DNA of 12,313 nucleotides from Candidatus Wukongarchaeum yapensis (GCA_016840425.1 JAEOSI010000045.1:1-12313); one strand, 5' to 3'; numbered from the stretch's first letter, positions 1 to 7,012 are shown. Translations and numbers: made by a program. The notes: generated by a model from the letters alone, not told the origin.

Positions 1-244
1 AGGCTAATTTTATGATATTGGCAACCTTTTTTTCAACTTGGGTTTCAATATCTTCTGAAGTGGGGGCAACAATTATTACCAGTTGAAAATCTTTATCGTT
101 CAATACTTTTATACTGTTTATAACCCTAAGTAATGTGCCTTCGCTGTTTAAAGGAGTGGGATGGTCATAGATAGCGTCCCCTTCTTTCCAACCAACCTTA
201 CTTTCCCTCGCCCAGTAACTCGGAATTACCATTGTAACTTTCAA
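1..244 (-). CDS. 5' part of a conserved hypothetical protein, possibly a GT-A-fold glycosyltransferase; runs off the left edge
   Basis: Not in the ORF track. Hand translation of the minus strand from TTG at 244 (in-frame TAA further upstream, alternative ATG at 232): MKVTMVIPSYWARESKVGWKEGDAIYDHPTPLNSEGTLLRVINSIKVLNDKDFQLVIIVAPTSEDIETQVEKKVANIIKLA..., 81 codons open to the edge. The opening VTMVIPSY strand resembles the first beta-strand of GT-A enzymes. The CDS is well supported; the product is tentative. Confidence 0.7.
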   Translation of the reverse strand, partial: MKVTMVIPSYWARESKVGWKEGDAIYDHPTPLNSEGTLLRVINSIKVLNDKDFQLVIIVAPTSEDIETQVEKKVANIIKLA

Positions 245-420
245 AGAGACATCCCACTCCCAACCTTTTTCTTAGTCTTCTTTAAACATTTTATCTCTAG
301 GGCTAGTTTGCAGCTTTCTTTTGCCCCCCTTCCCGAAGTTTTATACACTGAGCTATATTCCCCCGAATGAAATGAGAGTTAAAGCACGAAGTTACGGATA
401 AGTTTGGAATTGGATGGTTA

Positions 421-450
421 AATAAAAAAAGAAGGAAAAAAGGAAAAAGT
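421..450 (-). terminator. U-rich archaeal-type terminator downstream of the small membrane protein pair
   Basis: Minus strand reads ACTTTTTCCTTTTTTCCTTCTTTTTTTATT starting about 8 nt after the TAA at 458, which fits oligo-U-dependent archaeal termination. Confidence 0.6.
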
Positions 451-457
451 TATTTTT

Positions 458-751
458 TTATTGCTTGCCCTTTGCTAAAACTTGACTCATTCTGCCTAGC
501 ATCATGGTTAATAGTTTGCATATTATGAATAGGGTCCAGAATACGCCTGCTAATATGAAACCTATGGCTCCTAGTTCTAGGGTTATCAACTCTTTTGAGG
601 TTACAGAATCATCAATGTCGGTAAATTTACCAAGGAATTGTCGGTAGTATGCTATGGAAACCATCAGAAGTCTTATAATCCAGAAGATTACTGCAAGCAG
701 CATCATCATGTGGAGTTGTTTCTTTACTTTTTCAGGGTCCATCATTTGCAT
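458..751 (-). CDS. Uncharacterised small membrane protein (97 aa, two predicted TM helices), paralog A
   Basis: ATG at 751 with GGAGG 8 nt upstream. Two hydrophobic segments (about aa 15-35 and 55-78) flank an acidic loop. Ungapped 43/97 identity to the adjacent upstream paralog. Confidence 0.85.
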   Translation of the reverse strand: MQMMDPEKVKKQLHMMMLLAVIFWIIRLLMVSIAYYRQFLGKFTDIDDSVTSKELITLELGAIGFILAGVFWTLFIICKLLTMMLGRMSQVLAKGKQ

Positions 752-808
752 TTGCTATTCCTCCCTGTCTCCTTATTTCTTCTTTTCATCCATCATTTGA
801 CCAAGGCT

Positions 809-1060
809 TTATGGCATCATTGTTAAGGCTTTAATTATCACGAGTAATGTTAGAAATATAGCGGCTAATGTGAATCCTATACCGCCAAGTTTCATCGTTA
901 GCAACACCCTTGAAGCTACATCGTCTGGGTCGTCACTCTTATCGCCAAAGAATTCGCGGAAAATTGCCCCAAGAACCAATAAGAAACCAATAAGCCAAAG
1001 AAGCACAGCAACTTTAGTCAACATATCCATTTGTTTTTTTGCTTTTTGTAGATCCATCAT
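809..1060 (-). CDS. Uncharacterised small two-TM membrane protein, paralog B; apparently truncated, possible pseudogene (homologous frame 773-1066)
   Basis: Collinear with paralog A. The track start at 1117 is probably too far upstream: GGGGAG precedes ATA-CAA-ATG-ATG at 1066-1055, matching ATG-CAA-ATG-ATG in A. The TAA at 809-811 interrupts a frame that continues SLGQMMDEKKK to a TAA at 773-775. Confidence 0.75.
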   Translation of the reverse strand: MMDLQKAKKQMDMLTKVAVLLWLIGFLLVLGAIFREFFGDKSDDPDDVASRVLLTMKLGGIGFTLAAIFLTLLVIIKALTMMP

Positions 1061-1117
1061 TTGTATGATATTATCTCCCCTAATATGAATAGATTTTGGG
1101 GGGAAATGATTTTGCAA

Positions 1118-1132
1118 ATTATAAGCCTTTCT
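1118..1132 (-). promoter_or_regulatory. Putative BRE-TATA promoter for the paralog pair
   Basis: Minus strand AGAAAGG-CTTATAAT (purine-rich BRE-like element plus TATA-like box), about 52 nt upstream of the ATA at 1066. Confidence 0.5.
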
Positions 1133-1348
1133 TTTTAAATCTTAGCGAGCTCAAAAAGTTGATATATGATAAATATATGATTAAAAGAAATTATTTTTTA
1201 AAGGTAATTTAATAAATTTAAAAGTTGATTTTCTTAAAAAAAAGAACTTTTAATGGATTATAAGAAGTTGAATTGAATATGCTTTTTAATAGGATTCAGG
1301 CTAATTGAACAAAGGAAGGAAAAGGAAAAATTTACAGAGGGGACAGCT

Positions 1349-2914
1349 ATGAATATTAGTATTATTCCGAATTTCTTATTAAAATCAATCCTTAAAATCA
1401 CGCCGATGGGGCTTTTTTATTCTTTAAGAAAAAATATAATGCGCAGTGAAAAGAATGCTAAAAAAATACTTAGTTTAGGTATGGTCGATTTTCTGGTTAA
1501 AAGGGGAGAAAAGAGAGCACTCTACGTTTTTAAAGATACAGCCAAAAGAGTTCCAGCTTATCAAAACTTCTTGAGAGAAAAGGATTTTTCTGTAAGTGAT
1601 ATTGAAACTGTGAAGTCTATAAAAGAGACGCCAATTTCTGATAAAGCAAGTTACATCCGTCCTAATGAAGAAAACCCTGCAAGTCTTTGTTTAGATGGTG
1701 ACATGAGTCCTGCAAAAATGATTGAAACTAGTTCGGGTTATTCAGGGAAACATACATACTGGTTGAGGGATTTAAAAGAAGTGCTTAGAGAAGAACGCCA
1801 GATTCCTGTCTTACTATCTATTTTTTATGAAATAGGCGAAAACGAAGCGTTTGCAATCAATGGTTTTGCTTTGAGTAGCTGGGTTACAGGAATTCAGGTA
1901 GGAAATGCTGCAAGAAGAAAAACAGCGACTATAAATATTGGTTTAAACCCCCCTGAGATTGCTCAAACTATTGTAGACTTTTACAAAAAATATTCAATAA
2001 AAACTACTACAGGCGGATTCAAAAAAGCACTAATAATGAGTTATCCCCCAACAATAAAAAAAGTATTAGATATTCTTGACGGGCTAAATTTTGATTCATG
2101 GGGAAATTTAGAAACAATATTTGTTTCTGGGGGAGACGGTTTTCCTGAAGCATATAGAGAGTATGTCAAAAAGAAAACAGGAGGAACGCTCTTTTCCGTA
2201 TATGGGTCTGCAGATACAGGTATTCAAGTCGGCATCGAAGCACCGGATTTGTTCAACTTAAGACGCTACCTTGATAAAAATCCAGATTTGTGTAGACAAA
2301 TTTTCGGCAAAGACCATCCCCCTATGTTGTTCTATTATGACCCTACACATGTTTATATTGAAGCAGAGGAATCGGAAACAGGAATAAAAGAACTTATTTT
2401 GACCCCATTATATAAGAGAAGATTACCTCTTGTTAGGTATAATTTGCATGATGAAGGCGGAGTTTTTTATAACCCGAAAGAAGAATTGATTAAATTAATT
2501 AATAATCCAGAAATAACTCTCAAGTATTCTCTGCCAATTGTTTATGTTTACGGTAGAAGTGACGGATCAATTGCTGTTTTTAGTGCTTATATCTACCCTC
2601 AACAAATACACGCTACAATCATGAGGAATATAAGCAAAGAGTTTTGCCAACACTTTCATATTTCTAGCGAATACTCCGAAAATCAGAAACCAAGACTTGC
2701 TGTTGATATTTGTGTTTTAACAATGCCAAGTTCCGAGCAAATTGATAGCTTGAAATCAGATATATTAAATTCAAATAAAGACCTGAGTATTATTTTATCT
2801 GAAGGGCTAGCAGATCCGCCAAAAATAACCATTTACTATAAAGAGGATTGGCCATGGGAGACAGCAAGAGGTCCAGGACGCAAAGAAAGGTATTTGGGAG
2901 CTAAAAGAAAGTAA
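1349..2914 (+). CDS. Phenylacetate-CoA ligase / coenzyme F390 synthetase family adenylate-forming enzyme (ANL superfamily); substrate unknown
   Basis: 521 aa, GAGG 8 nt upstream of ATG. Family motifs in the expected order: VPAYQNFL, P-loop-like TSSGYSGK, SYPP, SGGDGF, SVYGSAD, PLVRYNLHDEGG, YGRSDG, IYPQQI. Confidence 0.85.
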   Translation: MNISIIPNFLLKSILKITPMGLFYSLRKNIMRSEKNAKKILSLGMVDFLVKRGEKRALYVFKDTAKRVPAYQNFLREKDFSVSDIETVKSIKETPISDKASYIRPNEENPASLCLDGDMSPAKMIETSSGYSGKHTYWLRDLKEVLREERQIPVLLSIFYEIGENEAFAINGFALSSWVTGIQVGNAARRKTATINIGLNPPEIAQTIVDFYKKYSIKTTTGGFKKALIMSYPPTIKKVLDILDGLNFDSWGNLETIFVSGGDGFPEAYREYVKKKTGGTLFSVYGSADTGIQVGIEAPDLFNLRRYLDKNPDLCRQIFGKDHPPMLFYYDPTHVYIEAEESETGIKELILTPLYKRRLPLVRYNLHDEGGVFYNPKEELIKLINNPEITLKYSLPIVYVYGRSDGSIAVFSAYIYPQQIHATIMRNISKEFCQHFHISSEYSENQKPRLAVDICVLTMPSSEQIDSLKSDILNSNKDLSIILSEGLADPPKITIYYKEDWPWETARGPGRKERYLGAKRK

Positions 2915-2965
2915 TCAGTAAATATTATTTTTAGAGTTTTCAGAGCTTTTCGACAGTAATACCCT

Positions 2966-4369
2966 TCAGAACTCATGGTATTTGCTACGGGTAGTGTTTT
3001 TTGGATCGAACAGTTTGTTTGCTTCTTCTTGGGTGATGATACCTTTAGCTATCGCTAGCTCTGCGACTGGTATTTTCTTTTTCCATGATTCTTTTGCAAT
3101 TTCAGCGGCTTTTAGATATCCTATTTTTGAGCTTAATAGCGTCGCTAGGGAGGGATTTAGGTCTAGGTAGGATCTGCAACGTTCCTCGTTAGCCTTTATT
3201 CCTTCAACGCATCGTTTACGGAAAACTGGAAGATAGTTTGTTAGTATAGCTATGGATTGAAGTATGTTGTAGGTCATTACAGGGGTCATAACGTTTAGAT
3301 CCATTTGTCCTGCTTGTACCGCGAGGGATACGGTAGCGTCATTTCCAACTACTTGGAATGCTACCATGTTCAAACATTCTGCCATAACTGGGTTGACTTT
3401 TCCTGGCATGATGGATGAGCCAGGTTGTATGGCTGGAAGTTCGATCTCGGCTAAACCTGTTGTGGGACCTGATCCTAGGAGACGGAGATCGTTGGCGATT
3501 CTGATAAGTTCTAAGGCGAGTTCTTTTAAAGAGCTTGAGAAGGCTCCAAGTTGTGAACGGCTTTGGAGGGCTTCAAAGCTGTCTTTTGCATGGGTGAAAG
3601 GTAAAGAGCAAAGTTCAGAGAGTTCTGCTATGGCTGTTTCCCTGTATTTCGGATGGGCGTTTGCGCCTGTGCCTACTGCTGTGCCTCCTATGGGTAATTC
3701 TAGGAGGTCGTCTCGGCGTTGCTTGATTCGTTCCGCAGCTCTTTCGATGGCTACTCCATAGGCCAAGAACTCGTAGCCAAGGGTAAGTGGGGTTGCATCC
3801 ATAAGATGGGTTCTTCCTGATTTTGGAACGGCTTTGAACTCGTCGCTTTTCTCTTTGAAAGCTTTTGCAAGATCTTCTAGAACTTGCAGGAGTTTGTCGG
3901 CTGCGATAATAACAGCGATGTGGGAAGCTGTTGGGAAGGTGTCGTTTGTGGATTGGGCCATGTTTACGTGATCATTTGGGCTTAGGAAATCGTAATCGCC
4001 TTTGGGTCTACCGAGGATCTCCAAAGCCCTGTTTGCTAATATTTCATTGACGTTCATGTTGAAAGATGTTCCTGCACCAGCTTGGTATACGTCTACTTTG
4101 AACTGGTCGTCGAATTTGCCGGTAAGGGCTTCGTCAGCGGCTTTTACGATGGCTTTGCCTTTTTCTTTATCCAGTACTCTTAATTCCATGTTTGCGAGGG
4201 CAGCTGCCTTCTTGAGGAATACGTATGAATAGATGAATTCCGGTCTTTCCATGATAGCGCTGACTGGAAAGTTTTCTATCGCACGGGCGGTTTGGATGCC
4301 GTAGTAGACTTCATCAGGAAGTTCCTTCTCTCCAAGAGAATCTTTTTCTATTCTTGTAATTTTAATCAC
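2966..4369 (-). CDS. aspA: Aspartate ammonia-lyase / class II fumarase superfamily enzyme, most similar to aspartase
   Basis: Superfamily signature GSSIMPGKVNP. QAGAGTSFNMNVNE, QSTND and LPAIQPG are aspartase-type; GRTHLMDATP is more FumC-like. N-terminal RIEKDSLG...YYGIQT motif. Start codon uncertain (GTG 4369 or ATT 4360). Confidence 0.85.
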   Translation of the reverse strand: MIKITRIEKDSLGEKELPDEVYYGIQTARAIENFPVSAIMERPEFIYSYVFLKKAAALANMELRVLDKEKGKAIVKAADEALTGKFDDQFKVDVYQAGAGTSFNMNVNEILANRALEILGRPKGDYDFLSPNDHVNMAQSTNDTFPTASHIAVIIAADKLLQVLEDLAKAFKEKSDEFKAVPKSGRTHLMDATPLTLGYEFLAYGVAIERAAERIKQRRDDLLELPIGGTAVGTGANAHPKYRETAIAELSELCSLPFTHAKDSFEALQSRSQLGAFSSSLKELALELIRIANDLRLLGSGPTTGLAEIELPAIQPGSSIMPGKVNPVMAECLNMVAFQVVGNDATVSLAVQAGQMDLNVMTPVMTYNILQSIAILTNYLPVFRKRCVEGIKANEERCRSYLDLNPSLATLLSSKIGYLKAAEIAKESWKKKIPVAELAIAKGIITQEEANKLFDPKNTTRSKYHEF

Positions 4370-4388
4370 TTCCTCAAGTCTAAAATTC

Positions 4389-5171
4389 TTATTTTTTGGA
4401 AAATTCGGGGGGCACTTTCCCGATCTTATCGATTCTGCTGCGTGCTTTTCCTATTGCGATGATGGGGGGCACTCCTTTCGGACATACTCGCCTGCAATTT
4501 CCGTGGAATTCACATCCCCACCAACCAGTCTTGTTATTCATAAGCAAAACTCTTGAATCATCACGAGGCTCTCTTGGATCTATGTGGAATCTGTATAATT
4601 TCGCTAGGGCTGCGGGTCCGATGTATTCAGGGTTCTTTAAGTTGACGGGACAAGAGCTAACACAAGCAGCACACAGAATGCAATTCGTATAGTTTTCAAG
4701 CTCTTTCACAGTTTCTGGGTCCATAAGTCTTTCTCTCTTTGGCGGTTCATCAGCTGGCTTGAATACTGGTTTAGTAGCATTGTAAAATTCAAAAAATCTT
4801 GTTTTATCCACGATCAAGTCCTTTATAATCGGGAAGTAAGGAAGTGGTTCTACGAGCACTTCTTCTCTAGGATCCCACTTTTCCTTAACTTCTACTGGAT
4901 AATTTCTCAAATTGATTTCTGCGGTTCCTTCAAGGAGGGAATTTATTTGGGTTCTACAAGCTAATCTAGGCACATTGTTAATCTGTACAGCGCAAATACC
5001 GCAGACAGCGCCCCGGCATGAGTAACGGAATGAGAGAGTGTCGTCAAGATTATTCCTGATATAGAACAAAGCACCCAAAACTGTCATTCCTGGGGTGGGT
5101 TCAATTTCAAAAACATCATATCGGGGTTTTTGAGTTTCTTTATCGTAACGAAATACTTTCATTTTCATCAA
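4389..5171 (-). CDS. sdhB: Succinate dehydrogenase/fumarate reductase iron-sulfur subunit
   Basis: SCRGAVCGIC...LAC ([2Fe-2S]), CILCAACVSSCP ([4Fe-4S]) and CEFHGNCRRVCP (His in place of one Cys, [3Fe-4S] type). TTG/ATG start overlaps the sdhA stop (TTGATG), with AAGGAG upstream. Confidence 0.95.
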   Translation of the reverse strand: MMKMKVFRYDKETQKPRYDVFEIEPTPGMTVLGALFYIRNNLDDTLSFRYSCRGAVCGICAVQINNVPRLACRTQINSLLEGTAEINLRNYPVEVKEKWDPREEVLVEPLPYFPIIKDLIVDKTRFFEFYNATKPVFKPADEPPKRERLMDPETVKELENYTNCILCAACVSSCPVNLKNPEYIGPAALAKLYRFHIDPREPRDDSRVLLMNNKTGWWGCEFHGNCRRVCPKGVPPIIAIGKARSRIDKIGKVPPEFSKK

Positions 5172-6877
5172 TATACGCGCTCCTTAACTGGGAATATTCC
5201 AAGGGTCACAGGCGCATATTCAAGCTCTGTTTTCCCATCACGATAGTAAGCCATTGTGTGAACTAGGAATTTCTCGTCATCGCGTTTCGGGTAATCGGTA
5301 CGGAAATGAGAACCACGGCTTTCTCGTCTTTCTATGGCTCCCAAAGCTAATGCTTCTGCTATCAATAGCATTCCCTCAAGTTCAAGGGTGTAGATAAGGG
5401 TATAATTGAAAACAAGATCTTTGTTATCGATGTAAGCATTAGAAAACCGCTTCTGCAGCATATGAAGTTTTTCTAAGCCTTCCTTCATGGTTTTTTCGTC
5501 TCGGAAAACGCCAAAATGGTCAAACATCATCTTTCTCAGTTCTTCTCTTATATTGGAAACCCGTTCTCCTTCTTCCCGCAAGAGAAGTTTGTCTATTCTT
5601 TCGCTTTCTTTTCTACACGCCTCTTTGAGTGGTTCCGTGGAAGGTTTACTGATACTTGGAAGCTTTTGAGCAATTTCTCCACCTACTAGCTTTCCGAAAA
5701 CTACCGTTTCTAGAAGAGAGTTTCCGCCCAGCCTGTTTGCTCCATGTACACTAACGCAAGAACATTCGCCAGCAGCGTATAAGCCAGTTAGTTCTGTTTC
5801 TCCTTTTGTGTTTACCGCTATACCGCCCATTGAATAGTGTTGACCTGGTTGAACCGATATCGGTTCTGCTATAGGGTCTATGCCTGCAAAATCCATAGAG
5901 ATAAGCCTAATACCTGGTAAGCGTTGATTTATTTTATCAGCACCTAAATGTGTCAGGTCAAGATGGACATATTCACCTTCGAATCCTCTTCTTTCATCTA
6001 TCTCAGTTTGGATTGCTCTTGCGACTATGTCTCTTGGGGCTAGTTCCATTGCTTTTGGTGCATAATTTTTCATGAAACGTTCATGCTTATTATTGTAAAG
6101 ATATCCTCCTTCGCCTCTTGCACCTTCTGTGATAAGGATGTTTGTGCCATATAGTGTTGTTGGGTGAAACTGGACGAATTCCATATCCTCTAATAGTACG
6201 CCTGCACGATATGCTAGGGCAGCGCCATCGCCAGTATTAATGAGAGCGTTAGTTGAACGTGCGAACAGGTGACCATAACCACCAGTCGCCTGTAGGACAG
6301 CTTTTGCAGCAAAACCGTGTAGTGTCCCGTCAGCAATGTTTAAAGCTGTACACCCAACGCATCTACCCCCATCTTTTACCAAACTAGTTACATAATATTC
6401 AGGATAGATCGTGATATCCCTGCTGTTGGCCTGTTCAAAAAGGGTATGTAGAAGGTTGTGACCTGTGCGGTCCGCAGCATAGCAAGTTCTTGGAAAACCT
6501 GCACCACCAAAGGGACGTTGGGCGATTCTACCATCCTTCATTCTTGAAAAAACAGTGCCCATATGCTCGAGCTCAATAACAGCCCTAGGAGCTTCCTTAC
6601 ACATGATCTCTACAGCGTCTTGATCTGCTAAGTAGTCAGAACCTTTTACAGTATCAAAAGCATGTCTCTCCCAGCTGTCATCCTCGCCCCCAACTGCGTT
6701 CGCTAAAGCTGCATTAATACCGCCTTGGGCAGCAACTGAGTGAGAGCGAAGAGGGTGAACCTTAGAAACAACAGCTACATCAAAATCAGCCTTTGACGAT
6801 TCGATCGCAGCCCGAAGACCTGTAAGACCTCCACCAATAATAACCAAATCATGGGAATGAACAGGATAATCCACCAT
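5168..6877 (-). CDS. sdhA: Succinate dehydrogenase/fumarate reductase flavoprotein subunit
   Basis: IIGGGLTG dinucleotide-binding motif, covalent-FAD motif RSHSVAAQGG, and catalytic motifs EFVQFHPT, TEGARGEGG, LAPRDIV, HYSMGG, HGANRLGGNSL, RRESRGSH. ATG 6877 preferred over the track's GTG 6886 because that GTG lies within the AGGTGA Shine-Dalgarno. Confidence 0.96.
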   Translation of the reverse strand: MVDYPVHSHDLVIIGGGLTGLRAAIESSKADFDVAVVSKVHPLRSHSVAAQGGINAALANAVGGEDDSWERHAFDTVKGSDYLADQDAVEIMCKEAPRAVIELEHMGTVFSRMKDGRIAQRPFGGAGFPRTCYAADRTGHNLLHTLFEQANSRDITIYPEYYVTSLVKDGGRCVGCTALNIADGTLHGFAAKAVLQATGGYGHLFARSTNALINTGDGAALAYRAGVLLEDMEFVQFHPTTLYGTNILITEGARGEGGYLYNNKHERFMKNYAPKAMELAPRDIVARAIQTEIDERRGFEGEYVHLDLTHLGADKINQRLPGIRLISMDFAGIDPIAEPISVQPGQHYSMGGIAVNTKGETELTGLYAAGECSCVSVHGANRLGGNSLLETVVFGKLVGGEIAQKLPSISKPSTEPLKEACRKESERIDKLLLREEGERVSNIREELRKMMFDHFGVFRDEKTMKEGLEKLHMLQKRFSNAYIDNKDLVFNYTLIYTLELEGMLLIAEALALGAIERRESRGSHFRTDYPKRDDEKFLVHTMAYYRDGKTELEYAPVTLGIFPVKERVY

Positions 6878-6906
6878 AATTTTCACCTACTAATCCAAAT
6901 GTAAAC

Positions 6907-6914
6907 TATTTAAG
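6907..6914 (-). promoter_or_regulatory. Candidate TATA box for the sdhA operon
   Basis: Minus strand CTTAAATA matches YTTAWAWA, about 30 nt upstream of the ATG. Other AT-rich candidates exist in the same spacer. Confidence 0.35.
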
Positions 6915-7012
6915 AGGATATTGGCTGCTTTTAGATTGATAGGCGATTTTGCTTTAAAGGTTCTTAAAATAAAAGAAGTTTTTCAAATGAAAGAGTTAAA
7001 CCTGTTCGAGGG

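Noticed and set aside
348-362. Minus-strand GGGAATATAGCTCAG, resembling a tRNA 5' end and D-arm
   Set aside because: No matching D-stem 3' strand, anticodon arm, TTCGA loop or acceptor partner follows.
161-370. Plus-strand 69-aa ORF from the track
   Set aside because: Antisense to the better-supported minus-strand gene (<1-244) and its upstream region; no ribosome-binding site or recognisable protein features.
1067-1117. N-terminal extension MQNHFPPKSIHIRGDNI of paralog B in the track
   Set aside because: Absent from paralog A. It spans the predicted leader and Shine-Dalgarno, and its start abuts the TATA box.
4407-4473. Direct repeat GGGGGGCACT at 4407 and 4464
   Set aside because: Simply encodes Val-Pro-Pro twice near the end of sdhB; the frame is intact and there is no sign of phase variation.
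1349-5171. Functional link between the acyl-CoA ligase and succinate produced by SdhAB
   Set aside because: The genes are convergent, not co-transcribed, and nothing in the sequence indicates substrate.
4389-6877. Thiol:fumarate reductase TfrAB or L-aspartate oxidase NadB
   Set aside because: The B subunit lacks CCG domains and is too short for TfrB. The covalent-FAD His motif and the coupled Fe-S subunit argue against NadB.
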